Assembly: GCA_963716725.1 (NCBI GenBank)
Contig: CAVQUB010000008.1
Span: 96,001-160,000, forward strand
Direction of reading: 5' to 3'
Source of the DNA: an uncultured delta proteobacterium
Lineage (GTDB): Bacteria; Myxococcota_A; Polyangia; Polyangiales; Polyangiaceae
Length of the DNA stretch: 64,000 nt
Shown: positions 22,385 through 32,581 of the stretch, in pieces
Position numbering within the stretch: the stretch's first letter is position 1
Layout of the letters: the number at the start of each line of letters is the position of its first letter
The notes under the pieces: model-generated
Seen by the model: only the letters and a program-made list of their open reading frames with translations
What the model was told of the DNA's origin: nothing
Database searches by the model: none
Translations under genes and position numbers: made by a program

Positions 22385-23254
22385 ATGTCACGTCTTTCGG
22401 GCGCGCTTGCCGCGATGCTGTTGGGCTGCGCGTCGGGTCAACCGCCGCCCAAACCCGCGTCCCGGGACGGCGCTGAGCTCGAGCCCGCCCGCGCCGGGCC
22501 CACCGAGCCCGATCTTCGGGGCGCTTCGCCGAGCGCATGGCTCGGAGTCGAGGTCAGTGTCGCGCCCGACGCCGACGGCGGCGTGCTGGTTCGCAGCACC
22601 GTCCGGGGCTCGCCCGCCGAACGCGCGGGCATCATCGCGGGAGACCGCATCCTCACCCTCGACGGCGCCGGCGTCGTCGGTCCAGAGGACGTCGTGCGCC
22701 TGGTCGCTGCGCGCGCACCGGGCTCGCGCATCCCGTTGGTCATCCGCCGGGGCGATGCGAGGCGGCTGCTCTCCGCGGAGCTCGGCGCGGCGCCCGACGC
22801 GACCGGGGTGATGCGGCTCTCGTTCGTCGGCGCCGCAGCGCCGCGACTCGACTCTCTCGAGACGGTGCAGGGCAGCGTCGAGCCCGACCTTGCCGCCTTG
22901 CGCGGACGAGTCGTCGTCCTCGAGTTCTGGGCGGCGTGGTGCAGCGTGTGCCGATTCCTGGTTCCCACGCTGAACGAGCTGCACGCGCGCTACTCGGCAC
23001 AGGGGGTGGTGGTTCTCGGGATCACCATGGACGCGGTCGTGCCCGCGACGCACGCCGCGACTGCGCTCGGGATCGAGTACCCGATCGCCTCCGATCACAG
23101 CGGAAAGACGGCGAGCGCCTATCAAGCCAACGCTTTGCCCACGATCTTCGTGATCGACCCAAAGGGCGTGGTCCGCGACGTGCTCGTGGGGTATTCGCCC
23201 GATGGCCTGCTTCGTATCGAGCGCCTGGTGCGGGACCTGACCGCCGCGCGTTGA
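22385..23254 (+). CDS. PDZ plus TlpA-like thioredoxin lipoprotein
   Basis: Lipobox LLGC; WLGV...GSPAERAGIIAGDRI (PDZ); EFWAAWCSVC redoxin motif. Confidence 0.85.
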   Translation: MSRLSGALAAMLLGCASGQPPPKPASRDGAELEPARAGPTEPDLRGASPSAWLGVEVSVAPDADGGVLVRSTVRGSPAERAGIIAGDRILTLDGAGVVGPEDVVRLVAARAPGSRIPLVIRRGDARRLLSAELGAAPDATGVMRLSFVGAAAPRLDSLETVQGSVEPDLAALRGRVVVLEFWAAWCSVCRFLVPTLNELHARYSAQGVVVLGITMDAVVPATHAATALGIEYPIASDHSGKTASAYQANALPTIFVIDPKGVVRDVLVGYSPDGLLRIERLVRDLTAAR

Positions 23255-23272
23255 CGCGGTAAGCTCGGCATC

Positions 23273-25681
23273 GTGCGCACCGCCCCCCTGCTTCGAGCCT
23301 TCGCCTGCGGCGCGCTCGCGACCACGGCGGCGCGGGCTCAAGTGGACGCAGGCATGTACGCGCGGGCGCTCGGTGCACGCTTCCCGGACCGAGACCTCTC
23401 GATCGTCGTCGAGCTGCCGAAGGGTGCGCCGACCCCACCCGGGCTGATCGGTCTGTCGCCCGGATTCGCTGGCTTCCACGCTTCGGCCACCACGGTCGCC
23501 CAGCTGGCGGACGCACACCCCGAGTGGCGCCTGGATTGGGCGCCGCCTCGCCGCACCTTGCTCAACTCCGCCTCAGACCTCACACGGGCGGCACGATTCC
23601 GTGATTTCACGGGGCTGACCGGCGCCGGAGTCGTGATCGGCATCGTCGACACCGGATTCGACCCCAAGCATCCGGATCTCAGGGACGCGGCAGGCAAGTC
23701 CCGGGTGGCCTGGGCCCTCGACCTGTCTCGGCAGCCATTGGGCAGGCACCCCCAGCTCGAAGCCGACTTCGGCTGTGCGGGCGCAGGTTATTCCTGTGCG
23801 GTGTTCGCCGCTGCGGATCTGGACGAGCTGATCGCCACCGACTCGGTGCAGCTGCCCCGGGACACGCTGGGACATGGAACCCACGTCGCGTCGTTGGCCC
23901 TCGGCAACGGCCTCTCGCAGGATCCGGCCAAGTACGTGGGCATCGCGCCGGAAGCGACCATGATCGGTGTGCGCGTCACGCGCACCGGAGACGGCGCGAT
24001 CCTCGATCCCGACGTGTTGCTCGCCACCCGCTTCGTCTTCGATCGGGCGAAACAGCTCGGCATGCCCGCCGTGGTGAACCTGAGCCTCGGCAGCGACTTC
24101 GGCGGCCATGACGGTTTGACAGGTCTCGAACGGGGCCTCGCGGCCTTCGTCGGACCCGGCTTTCCCGGCAGAGCCATCGTGGTCGCTGCGGGCAACAGTG
24201 GGGGGATCTACGGCACAATCTCCCCGAGTTATCCCGCGCCCTTTGGCGTTCACACGGAGGTCCACGTGCCGCGCGAGTCCAGCGTCCGCGTGCCCATCGT
24301 CAGTCCGCCGGTCGGCAAGAGCAGCACCACGGCCACGCTGTACGTCTGGATCAGCGGCCGGCCCGGCGATCAACTCAGCGTCGGCGTAGACGACTCGGAC
24401 GGCGAGTGGATCGAGCCGTTGCCGCCGGGCAGAGGCGCCGGCTACGCCGACAAGGGGGTCGAGGTGACGATCTTGAACCAGATCACCGACGCCAGCAGCC
24501 CCATCGCCGCCGGATCGAACGGCGCGGTCGTCGTCATCGAAGGCACCTGGCAGGCGGGGTCGACGTTTGCGCTGCGGCTCGAGGGTCACGGCACCGCGCG
24601 CCTCTGGCTTCAGAGCGAGGGCGATCTCGCCCCAGGGGCAGGGAATACCGGCGCGCTGTTCCCGCGCGCGAGCAAAGAAGGCACCATTGGCATTCCGGCC
24701 TCGAACGCCCAGCTGATCGCGGTGGGTGCCAGCCTGAACCGCGTGGGATGGAAGGACCGAGCGGGGCACGACGTGCTGTTGCAGAATTTGGGCGCCATGA
24801 GCCCGCCGGTCCCGGATTCCGCGGCGTATTTCAGCGGCGCGGGGCCGAACTCACTCGGCCAAATGAAGCCCGATTTGGTCGCCCCGGGGGCCTTCGTGAT
24901 CGGTGCCATGTCGGCCTTGGCCGACCCCGAGAAGAACGGCGGAGGCGGGATCTTCGTCGCCGGCAGCGTGTGCGGCGATCAGCCCGGATGCCTGGTGGTG
25001 GACGACTTCCACGCGCTCTCGAGCGGGACGAGCATGGCGGCTCCGATCGTCTCCGGCGCGGCGGCGTTGCTCTTTCAGAAGGACCCCGGGCTCGACCAAG
25101 AACGCGTCCGCACCTTGCTTCAGGCGGGCGCGCGCTCTCTCGACGGCGCGATTCCCATCGAGCAACAGATGGGACCCGGCGCTCTGGACTTGGTGGGCAC
25201 GTTGGCGGTGATGGGTTCCGCGTCGTCACCCCTCGCCGTGTTGCCCGACGCGACCGAGAGTTGGATAGCGCTGGCGAGTTCGTATGCGCATCCGGATCCG
25301 AGCTGGCCCGTCGAAGCCGTCCTCGAGTTGCGATCCGCCGACGAGCGCGTCGTCGACGGCTTCAATCCCAACGCGTTGGTGCTCGAGGCCGACGGTGGGC
25401 GTGTGTCAGCGCCGCTCCGCCGCGTCGCGCCGGGGCTGTGGCGTTTTTCCGTGGCTGCTGACGCCGGGACCGGCGGCAGCCGCATGACGGTTCGTGTGAG
25501 TTTTGCGGGCTCGCCTCTCGTCACTCGGGACCTGCCGATCGCGGTGGATCGGGCTTTGGTGGACGATGGGGCCGACGCTCGCGGGGGTTGCGCGGTGTCG
25601 GGAACGGGCGTCCCACTCCCGTGGTGGCTGATGCTTTCGATCGCAAGCGCCCTGGCGCGCATCACTAGGAAGCGATGCTGA
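23273..25681 (+). CDS. Subtilisin-like S8 serine peptidase with a MYXO-CTERM-like tail
   Basis: IVDTG, GHGTHVA and GTSMAAP triad; C-terminal GGCAV...hydrophobic...RKR. Confidence 0.9.
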   Translation: MRTAPLLRAFACGALATTAARAQVDAGMYARALGARFPDRDLSIVVELPKGAPTPPGLIGLSPGFAGFHASATTVAQLADAHPEWRLDWAPPRRTLLNSASDLTRAARFRDFTGLTGAGVVIGIVDTGFDPKHPDLRDAAGKSRVAWALDLSRQPLGRHPQLEADFGCAGAGYSCAVFAAADLDELIATDSVQLPRDTLGHGTHVASLALGNGLSQDPAKYVGIAPEATMIGVRVTRTGDGAILDPDVLLATRFVFDRAKQLGMPAVVNLSLGSDFGGHDGLTGLERGLAAFVGPGFPGRAIVVAAGNSGGIYGTISPSYPAPFGVHTEVHVPRESSVRVPIVSPPVGKSSTTATLYVWISGRPGDQLSVGVDDSDGEWIEPLPPGRGAGYADKGVEVTILNQITDASSPIAAGSNGAVVVIEGTWQAGSTFALRLEGHGTARLWLQSEGDLAPGAGNTGALFPRASKEGTIGIPASNAQLIAVGASLNRVGWKDRAGHDVLLQNLGAMSPPVPDSAAYFSGAGPNSLGQMKPDLVAPGAFVIGAMSALADPEKNGGGGIFVAGSVCGDQPGCLVVDDFHALSSGTSMAAPIVSGAAALLFQKDPGLDQERVRTLLQAGARSLDGAIPIEQQMGPGALDLVGTLAVMGSASSPLAVLPDATESWIALASSYAHPDPSWPVEAVLELRSADERVVDGFNPNALVLEADGGRVSAPLRRVAPGLWRFSVAADAGTGGSRMTVRVSFAGSPLVTRDLPIAVDRALVDDGADARGGCAVSGTGVPLPWWLMLSIASALARITRKRC

Positions 25682-26211
25682 AATCTCGCTGGGTCTTGCC
25701 CTGTGCGGTGCTGGCCTTCTCCTGCGCCGAGCCCCCGCCCCCGAGGGCCGCCGAGAGTTCGTCCGCTCCGTCGACGCCGAGCGATCCGCCGCCGGCGCTC
25801 ACCATCGGGGCGCCGCCCCCGGCGCCCACCGGCACGCCCAAGACGGTGCCGACCCCTCCGCTGTCGTCACCCAACCCCACGGCGACCAACTCCCAGGACG
25901 CCCAGCCCCCACCCGCGGCGCCGCCCGCGGATCCGCGCACCGCGGCCATCCGCCGCATCGGCGAGGGCGCACAGTCGTGTCACGCGCGGCACGCCGCTGG
26001 CATCAAGGGCCGCCTCACCCTGAGCGTCGGTCGAGACGACACTGGCAAGGTCACGCGCGTCGTCGTGTTGCGTGCCCGGAGCTCGCCGGAGCTCGCTCGA
26101 CCTGCCTTCGAAGCCTGTGTGATCGATGCGGTGAAGCAGCAGCGTCTCTCACCGGCGCGCGACGAAGACCACGAACTCGAGCTGCCGCTGATCTTCGACC
26201 CACCGCCCTGA
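25675..26211 (+). CDS. Pro-rich lipoprotein with an AgmX/PglI (TonB-C-like) C-terminal domain
   Basis: LAFSC lipobox, Pro linker, C...GRLTL...GKV...FEACV...LPLIF. Confidence 0.6.
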   Translation: MLKSRWVLPCAVLAFSCAEPPPPRAAESSSAPSTPSDPPPALTIGAPPPAPTGTPKTVPTPPLSSPNPTATNSQDAQPPPAAPPADPRTAAIRRIGEGAQSCHARHAAGIKGRLTLSVGRDDTGKVTRVVVLRARSSPELARPAFEACVIDAVKQQRLSPARDEDHELELPLIFDPPP

Positions 26212-26215
26212 GGCC

Positions 26216-27589
26216 TCAGAACTTGGTCAAGTACACCGTGCAGCCGTGGGGCTCGAAGGGCGCGTAGTCGGGATCGAAGGGGTGGGTCAGGGAGACGCCA
26301 CCGAGGTTCGTGCCCACGATCAGCAGGCCACGGGCGTCCTTCAGATCGCTGAGCGTTTGCTCGACCTTCGTCCCGCGCTCGACGAAGGGCGTGTAGATGC
26401 GTCCGAGCTCCCTGCCGTCGCCGGCGACGCTGACCAAGGCCCACTGGAAGGAGACCGGAGACTCCCATTCAGCCTGAAAACCCAGCTCTTGTTCCCCGAG
26501 GCTCTGGTCGAGGTCGAGCCAGACGTACATCGCCCCGGTCGGCTCGACGGGACGCAGCGACGCCACCCGACGTGGCAGGCCCGACAGCCGGAGCGACCAG
26601 TCGAAGCGCACACGGCCGAAGGAGCCCGCCCACTCCAGCGCTGGCAAATGCTCGCCGTCGTCGCGCACGCCGATGAAGGCGCGGGTCACGGCGAGATCGG
26701 CGAAGAGCATCGCCGTGTCGCGGGGGCTGCCGTCCAGCGCCGAGCGAATGGCGTCGAAGACGTCGGGGGAGTTGCTCCAGAGCAGCGAGCGCGGCTCGGT
26801 CTTCGCCACCGCGATGGACATGAGATGGGTTGCAATCGTGCCCGGCGCGCCGACTCCGCGTCGTGCGTCGAGATACTCGAAGAGCAGCGCGGACCCCTCC
26901 GAGCTGCCGCCCAGCTCGCGCGTCGCGATCGCTCGCTCGGGACTCGCTTGCACTTCGTCCACGGCCTCGAGATCCGCGCTGGTCGGTGTGCCGCGGAGTG
27001 CCCACAAGTGCGTGGCGTAGGCGCGGCGCAAGTGCGGCGTCTCCGCCGGATCGAGCGCGAGGGCTATGGCCTCTCCGACGCACAGCGATGCCTCCCGCTG
27101 CATCGCCTCCTGCCCCACGTCCCCCACGCTGCAATGGGCCGCGGCGCGATCGAAACGCCCGCCGACGAGCGGGTCCACTCCCACCCGCAGGCGCGATTGA
27201 CCGGCCGACAGGTAGAGATCGAGAGCTTCGCTGCCTCCCGCGCCGAGATCGCCCAGCGGGGGCGGCAAGCGCAGCACGTCCACCAGCGTGAAGTACGCGC
27301 TCTCAATTGCCTCGAGCGCGCCGAGGGCCGCCGCGGGGGTCACGCCGGCGCCGCGGTGAACACACACCGGCGCGCGGAACGAGCAGGCGGGCAGCTCGCC
27401 AGAGGGTGGCCGCTCGACCGAACCTTGGACCATGGCCCCCGTGGGCAGCCAGGGGTCGGTTTGGACTGGAGCCTTTTTCGAGGCCTGCCCGCCCCCAAAC
27501 AGAAAGGGGCGCTCGCGGCGCGGTTGCGCTTCGATCCGGCCGGGTGAGGCCGTTGCCAGCGCAACGAGCACCGTCGCCAGGTGCCTCAC
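26216..27589 (-). CDS. Exported hypothetical protein, possibly a degenerate zincin (start approximate)
   Basis: Long ORF with a signal-like N-terminus; no intact HExxH. Confidence 0.6.
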   Translation of the reverse strand: MRHLATVLVALATASPGRIEAQPRRERPFLFGGGQASKKAPVQTDPWLPTGAMVQGSVERPPSGELPACSFRAPVCVHRGAGVTPAAALGALEAIESAYFTLVDVLRLPPPLGDLGAGGSEALDLYLSAGQSRLRVGVDPLVGGRFDRAAAHCSVGDVGQEAMQREASLCVGEAIALALDPAETPHLRRAYATHLWALRGTPTSADLEAVDEVQASPERAIATRELGGSSEGSALLFEYLDARRGVGAPGTIATHLMSIAVAKTEPRSLLWSNSPDVFDAIRSALDGSPRDTAMLFADLAVTRAFIGVRDDGEHLPALEWAGSFGRVRFDWSLRLSGLPRRVASLRPVEPTGAMYVWLDLDQSLGEQELGFQAEWESPVSFQWALVSVAGDGRELGRIYTPFVERGTKVEQTLSDLKDARGLLIVGTNLGGVSLTHPFDPDYAPFEPHGCTVYLTKF

Positions 27590-27679
27590 GCGCCGGAAAT
27601 CTCGCGGGGATTTGACATGCTCGCGCACGGCCGCCCTATACTGGCACACCCGGAGAAGGGCTCCGCAGCACGAGGCAGC

Positions 27680-28240
27680 ATGGCCGTTTCGCGATTCGAC
27701 CCGTCCCACTCGGTGAAGTTCGACTTAGGGCGAGGATCCGTGCACTTGGACGGTGCCGGTCCGCGCCTGTTGGTGCCGCCGGACGCATTGATCGAGCTCT
27801 GCAAGCATGCGGGCGACGATTCGCTCACGAATTTTGGGCGCACGCTCGGCACCGAGGTGGGACTCAGGATCACCGAACACTGGGGCGACGGCGGACAGAG
27901 CATCGGCGTCGAAGGGTTCGTCGATCACCTCGGCGGCAACTTGGCACTCCTGGGCTTCGGCTCGCTGTCCCTGGAGCGCTGGGGCAAGGCTCTGGTCTTC
28001 GTGATCGAAGGTTCGCCGCTGGGCGCTGCTGGGGACCCGCTGCTGGCCGCCGTGCTCGAAGGGGCGCTGCAGCGCTGCATGGGGCGCGATGGCCGAGCGG
28101 TGGTGCTCGGACGAGACGACGCTCACGTGCGGTTCTTGGTCATCGGCGCATCGGGCGCGGATCGGGCTCGCGCGTTGCTCTCGCAAGGCAAGAGTTGGGG
28201 CGAAGCCATCGCGCGGCTCCATGAAGGAAGCGCAGAATGA
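27680..28240 (+). CDS. V4R-like small-ligand-binding protein
   Basis: LLVPPDAL...FGRTLG...LALLGFG...SP...LEGAL pattern; GAGG Shine-Dalgarno. Confidence 0.45.
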   Translation: MAVSRFDPSHSVKFDLGRGSVHLDGAGPRLLVPPDALIELCKHAGDDSLTNFGRTLGTEVGLRITEHWGDGGQSIGVEGFVDHLGGNLALLGFGSLSLERWGKALVFVIEGSPLGAAGDPLLAAVLEGALQRCMGRDGRAVVLGRDDAHVRFLVIGASGADRARALLSQGKSWGEAIARLHEGSAE

Positions 28241-29166
28241 TCAGCAGCCAGGATCAGATCACGCGGCTGCAGGGGCTGCTCGGTCTCGTGCAGAAGAACG
28301 CGGCCCGCCCCCGGATTCGCGCGGCGGCCGTCGCGGCGCCCACCGAGCCCGCGCCGGATCCGGGAATTGTCGACGAACCCGTGGTGATGGACGAGCCCGT
28401 GGTGATGGACGAGCCCGTGGTGATGGACGAGCCCGTGGTGATGGACGAGCCCGTCATGGCCGCGCCCGAGCCGGCGGAAGAGACCTCCATGGTGCGCGCC
28501 ATCGTGGACGACGAGGTCTCCGTCGAGATGGGCGAGGCTTCCATCGAAGATCTCGACCTGCTCGAGGACGACATCGTCGATATCACCGAGGCGTCTGTCC
28601 CCCCGCAATCAGCGGAAGAAATCTCGGAAGAATCGGAAGAAGAAGAATCGGAAGAAGAGGAGGCGCCGGCGTCTTCTCGCCGCGCTATCGCCGGCAGCAT
28701 GGGCGAGGCCCTGGCCGGCGCCGCCGATTCCGTCGCGATGGACGAAGGCCGCGAGATCCCGCTCAAGACCCCACCGCCGGAGTCCGGGCCTCAAGCAGCA
28801 CCGCTGCCCCAGGGCTTGGCCGCGCCCGCGGTTCCGGATTTGAGCGACCTTCGCGAGGTCGACATCGTGTCGCGCACCCAGCCCACGGCGGCGCAGCTCG
28901 GCGCGACCGTCGATCTCGAGCCTGCGCCGGACGACGACCTCGAGCTGGGCGAGCCGGTGGCCGAGGCGCCCCCGGTCCACGTAGTTCGCGAAGAGGCTCC
29001 CCCGGCCGCAGCCGCTGCGGTTGCCGCGACGCTGGAACCAGAGGTGGTGGGCCGTCCCAGCGTCTCGGCGGCGCCCGCCGCAGCCTTCGTGTCGGCGGCT
29101 CGCACCTTCAAGCCGCAGACCTTCTTGGAGCTGCTCGACGCGTCACTCGGTCTCGGGCGCGACTAA
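28237..29166 (+). CDS. Acidic low-complexity protein
   Basis: ATGA overlap with the upstream gene; E/D/P/A-rich; short amphipathic terminal helices. Confidence 0.7.
   Translation: MISSQDQITRLQGLLGLVQKNAARPRIRAAAVAAPTEPAPDPGIVDEPVVMDEPVVMDEPVVMDEPVVMDEPVMAAPEPAEETSMVRAIVDDEVSVEMGEASIEDLDLLEDDIVDITEASVPPQSAEEISEESEEEESEEEEAPASSRRAIAGSMGEALAGAADSVAMDEGREIPLKTPPPESGPQAAPLPQGLAAPAVPDLSDLREVDIVSRTQPTAAQLGATVDLEPAPDDDLELGEPVAEAPPVHVVREEAPPAAAAAVAATLEPEVVGRPSVSAAPAAAFVSAARTFKPQTFLELLDASLGLGRD
28372..28456 (+). repeat. 18-bp coding tandem repeat, (DEPVVM) about 4.7 copies
   Basis: GACGAGCCCGTGGTGATG repeated. Confidence 0.9.
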
Positions 29167-30054
29167 TACCCGCAGATCTCCAGATGCAGCGGCCCCCGGG
29201 TCGAGCCATCGAACCGGCTGGCTGCGGAGCCACGTGCGCTGTCTCCGAGCAAAGACCCGGGTGGCCCGAGTGATCCGCTCCGCGAGATCGCCGCCCGCGC
29301 CGCTCGCCACCGCCTCGTGCACTTGCCTGTAGCCCACCGAGGTCATCGCGCGCGCGCCGCCAAAGCCATCGGCGACGAGCCCTTGGACCTCGGCGATCCA
29401 CCCTGATTCGAGCATGCTGGTGACCCGCGCCGCTATCCTGGCATCGAGCCCAGCGGGCTCGTGTCGCACGCCGATCAGTCGATGCGGATGTCTGAGCTCG
29501 CGGAACTGATGTTCGGCGTGCCATTGGCTGAGCGTCACGCCGCTCAGCTCGAAGACCTCGAGGGCGCGGCTCACTCGAACGAAATCATTGGCGTTGAGCC
29601 GGGCGGCGCTGGCCGGATCCACCCCTGCGAGCTCCGCGTGCAGCGATGCGCGCCCCTCCGCCGCGGCGCGCTCCTCGTGGGCTCTGCGGATGCGGGCGTC
29701 CGCGGGCGGAGTCGCCGCCAAGCCCCAGAGCAGGGCACGCACCCACAGAAAAGTGCCCCCGCAGACGATGGGAGTCTTGCCCCGGCCCTCGATCTCACGA
29801 ATCGCAGCCTCGGCCAGCCGCGCCCACCCTGCCGCGTCCATGGGCTGATCCGGCTCGACGATATCGATCAGGTGATGCGGGGCGCGAGCGCGCTCTTCTG
29901 CGGTGGGCTTGCCCGTTCCGATCTGAAAGCGCGTGTAGACCTGCACGCTGTCGGCGCTGACGATCTCTCCGCCGAAGACCTCCGCCAGCCGCACCGCCAG
30001 CTCGGTCTTGCCCGACGCGGTGGGCCCGACGACGACCAAGAGCTCGCTCGACAT
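29143..30054 (-). CDS. miaA: tRNA dimethylallyltransferase
   Basis: GPTASGKT, SADSVQVY, GTGKP, HHLID, GGTFLW, RRQRTW. Confidence 0.95.
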   Translation of the reverse strand: MSSELLVVVGPTASGKTELAVRLAEVFGGEIVSADSVQVYTRFQIGTGKPTAEERARAPHHLIDIVEPDQPMDAAGWARLAEAAIREIEGRGKTPIVCGGTFLWVRALLWGLAATPPADARIRRAHEERAAAEGRASLHAELAGVDPASAARLNANDFVRVSRALEVFELSGVTLSQWHAEHQFRELRHPHRLIGVRHEPAGLDARIAARVTSMLESGWIAEVQGLVADGFGGARAMTSVGYRQVHEAVASGAGGDLAERITRATRVFARRQRTWLRSQPVRWLDPGAAASGDLRVLVAPETE

Positions 30055-31901
30055 CAGCGCCGTCCAACGCGACGATCGAGCTCATGCCAGCTCGTGAAGG
30101 TCACCACGGGCCGACCGTGGGGGCAGTGTCCGGCGAAGTCAGCGCCGTCCAAGGCGCCAAGCAGCGCCATGCCTTCGCTGGCCGAGATGGGGTCGCCCGC
30201 GCGAATCGAGGCGTGACAGGCCATGGTGGCGAGGGCGAGATCCACCGCGTCCGAGAAGCCCCGGCCACCGCTGCGCATCACCTCGCTGAGCAGATCGCGG
30301 ACCAAGCGCTCGGGGCTGGTCTTCTGCAGGAGCTTGGGGACCGCGTGCACGCTGATGCTCTCGGGTCCGCGGACGCGCAAATCGAGCCCGACCGAGGCGA
30401 TCTCTTCGGCGCGGGCCGCGACCAGATCGGACTCGGCGCCCGTCACCTCCACCACCACCGGGAAGAGCAGCGCTTGGGACGAAACGGCGTTGTCGCGGTA
30501 GGCCTTGCGCAGCTTGTCGAACATCACGCGTTCGGCCGCGGCGTGTTGGTCGAGCACGTACAGCCCGTCGTCGGCTTCGCAGACCAAGAAGGTGTGACGC
30601 ACTTGGGCGACGAAACGCAGATTCGACCAGCGCATCTCCGGCCGTGGCCGGATCGGCGAACGCGCGGAGTCTTGCACTGCGACCAGCGGCTCGTCGGACT
30701 TCTCGTAGCGAGGTGACGGCGCTGCGGCCGAGGGAGTCGGCGCTGCGGCCGAGGGTGACGGCGCTGCGGCCGAGGGTGCTGGCGCTGTGCGAGCTGGCGG
30801 CGGAGGCGCCCCACCCGACAGCCCCCACGGGTCCGCCGGATCCGGATCCGGCTCCGGCGGCGGAGGAGGCGCCGGCGGGGCGGCCTTCTGCGGGTTCCAG
30901 CGTCGGCCCGGCGGCAACGAGAACGCCGTCGACAGCTCCCGCGAGAGGATCGCGTAGAGCGCGTCGTTGACCGCCCGCGGATCGGCGAAACGCACCTCGG
31001 ACTTCTGAGGGTGCACGTTCACGTCCAGCAGCGCCGGATCGATGTCGAGGTACACGACGCCCCGGGGGTAACGCCCGCGCTCGAGCACGCTGCCGTAGGC
31101 CTGGGCCACCGCCAGCGCCAAGGCGCGGTCGCGCACGGGTCGGTCGTTGACGAACAGCCGCAGCCCGCCCGCGCCCGCTCGCGCGCTCTCGGGTCGGCCC
31201 AGGAAAGCCTCGACCGAGAGCGGTCCCCGACTGCCCGCGCAGCGTGTGAGCTCGCCGTCCCCGAGCACTTGCGCCACGCGCTCGGCGCGACTCGCGACGT
31301 GGAGCCACTCGCGGACCGGACGCCCATCTCGTGTCAATTTGAAGGTGACGTCGGGGCGCGCCAGCGCGGCGGCCTCCACCACGTCGGTCACGTGTCCCGA
31401 CTCGGTGCCCGTCGATCGCAGGAACTTGCGCCGTGCCGGGACGTTGTAGAAAAGATCGCGGATCGTGACCCGGGTGCCGACGGGGGCTCCTGTCGGCCGA
31501 ATCACCGGCTCGGCTCCGCCCTCGATCGCCAGCTCGATGCCCGCGTCATCGTCGCGCGAGCGGGTCGTGAGCTCGAAGCGGCTCACCGACGCGATACTGG
31601 GCAGCGCTTCGCCGCGAAAACCGAAGGTGCGCATATGACCCAGCTCGGCAAAGGAGGCGATCTTGCTGGTAGCGTGACGCTGCACGCAGAGCCGAGCGTC
31701 GCTCTCGCTCATGCCAGAACCGTCGTCCGAGACCCCGATCAGGCCGACGCCACCGGCCTCGATCTCGACCTCGCAGCGGCGTGCTCCGGCGTCGAGGGCG
31801 TTCTCCAGCAGTTCTTTCACGGCGCTGGCCGGACGCTCGACCACCTCGCCGGCTGCGATCTGGTTCGCCAGCTCGGGGGGCAAGATGCGGACGCTCCCCA
31901 T
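30054..31901 (-). CDS. mutL: DNA mismatch repair endonuclease MutL
   Basis: GEVVERPAS, HATSK, GFRGEAL, DQHAAAER, ACH, CPHGRP. Confidence 0.97.
   Translation of the reverse strand: MGSVRILPPELANQIAAGEVVERPASAVKELLENALDAGARRCEVEIEAGGVGLIGVSDDGSGMSESDARLCVQRHATSKIASFAELGHMRTFGFRGEALPSIASVSRFELTTRSRDDDAGIELAIEGGAEPVIRPTGAPVGTRVTIRDLFYNVPARRKFLRSTGTESGHVTDVVEAAALARPDVTFKLTRDGRPVREWLHVASRAERVAQVLGDGELTRCAGSRGPLSVEAFLGRPESARAGAGGLRLFVNDRPVRDRALALAVAQAYGSVLERGRYPRGVVYLDIDPALLDVNVHPQKSEVRFADPRAVNDALYAILSRELSTAFSLPPGRRWNPQKAAPPAPPPPPEPDPDPADPWGLSGGAPPPPARTAPAPSAAAPSPSAAAPTPSAAAPSPRYEKSDEPLVAVQDSARSPIRPRPEMRWSNLRFVAQVRHTFLVCEADDGLYVLDQHAAAERVMFDKLRKAYRDNAVSSQALLFPVVVEVTGAESDLVAARAEEIASVGLDLRVRGPESISVHAVPKLLQKTSPERLVRDLLSEVMRSGGRGFSDAVDLALATMACHASIRAGDPISASEGMALLGALDGADFAGHCPHGRPVVTFTSWHELDRRVGRR
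30712..30787 (-). repeat. 21-bp coding repeat (PSAAAPS) in the MutL linker
   Basis: GAGGGTGACGGCGCTGCGGCC-like units. Confidence 0.8.
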
Positions 31902-31910
31902 GCCGCGACC

Positions 31911-32525
31911 TCAGCTCTCTTCACTGGGGCTCGGCGCCGGACGTGTCAGCACCGCCCGCGCCGTGCGGCGAGTCACGCCGAAGGCACCCATGCCCAGCAC
32001 GGCGAGCTGGAGTCCCAAGCGAAAGCGGAAGGTCCACCAGTGCTTCAGTCGCACCAACTTGTCGAAATCCGTCGCCGAGATCCCGGCCGGACGCTCCTCG
32101 ATGCCGCTGGTCGCGATGGCTTCTACCACTCGGTGTCGCACCGGCTGGTACAGCGCATAAGCCGCGGTCAGCACCGCGACGTTCGCGGCAATGACCTGGA
32201 CGGCGAACCATGGCGACGCACGCCGCGCGAACAAGGCCTTGCCGCTCACTGCGACCAGAAGCACGCCCAAAATGACCTGCGCGATCCCGACTGGGAGAGC
32301 GATCTTCGCGATGGAGAGCACGCCGTCCACGTAGGCGCGGGAGAGCAGCCCCTGCAGCGCGTCTCCACGCAGCGAGCTGAACGCCGACGAGAAGGGGTTT
32401 CGTACGATCTCGATGGAGGCGAAGCCTTCGGCCGCGGCCGTCATGCCCGATAGCCACAGCGTGACCAGGGCAATGACCAGGTAGACCGGCCGTTTCGGCG
32501 CGCTGTCGTCGTTCGGGTCCGCCAC
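31911..32525 (-). CDS. Membrane protein (about 4 TM helices)
   Basis: Hydrophobic helices; co-oriented directly upstream of mutL. Confidence 0.65.
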   Translation of the reverse strand: MADPNDDSAPKRPVYLVIALVTLWLSGMTAAAEGFASIEIVRNPFSSAFSSLRGDALQGLLSRAYVDGVLSIAKIALPVGIAQVILGVLLVAVSGKALFARRASPWFAVQVIAANVAVLTAAYALYQPVRHRVVEAIATSGIEERPAGISATDFDKLVRLKHWWTFRFRLGLQLAVLGMGAFGVTRRTARAVLTRPAPSPSEES

Positions 32526-32581
32526 GTCGTGCTCGCAGAAATTCCGGTAGCACGCCTCGGCCGGTGCGGCGAGGCGCCGAG

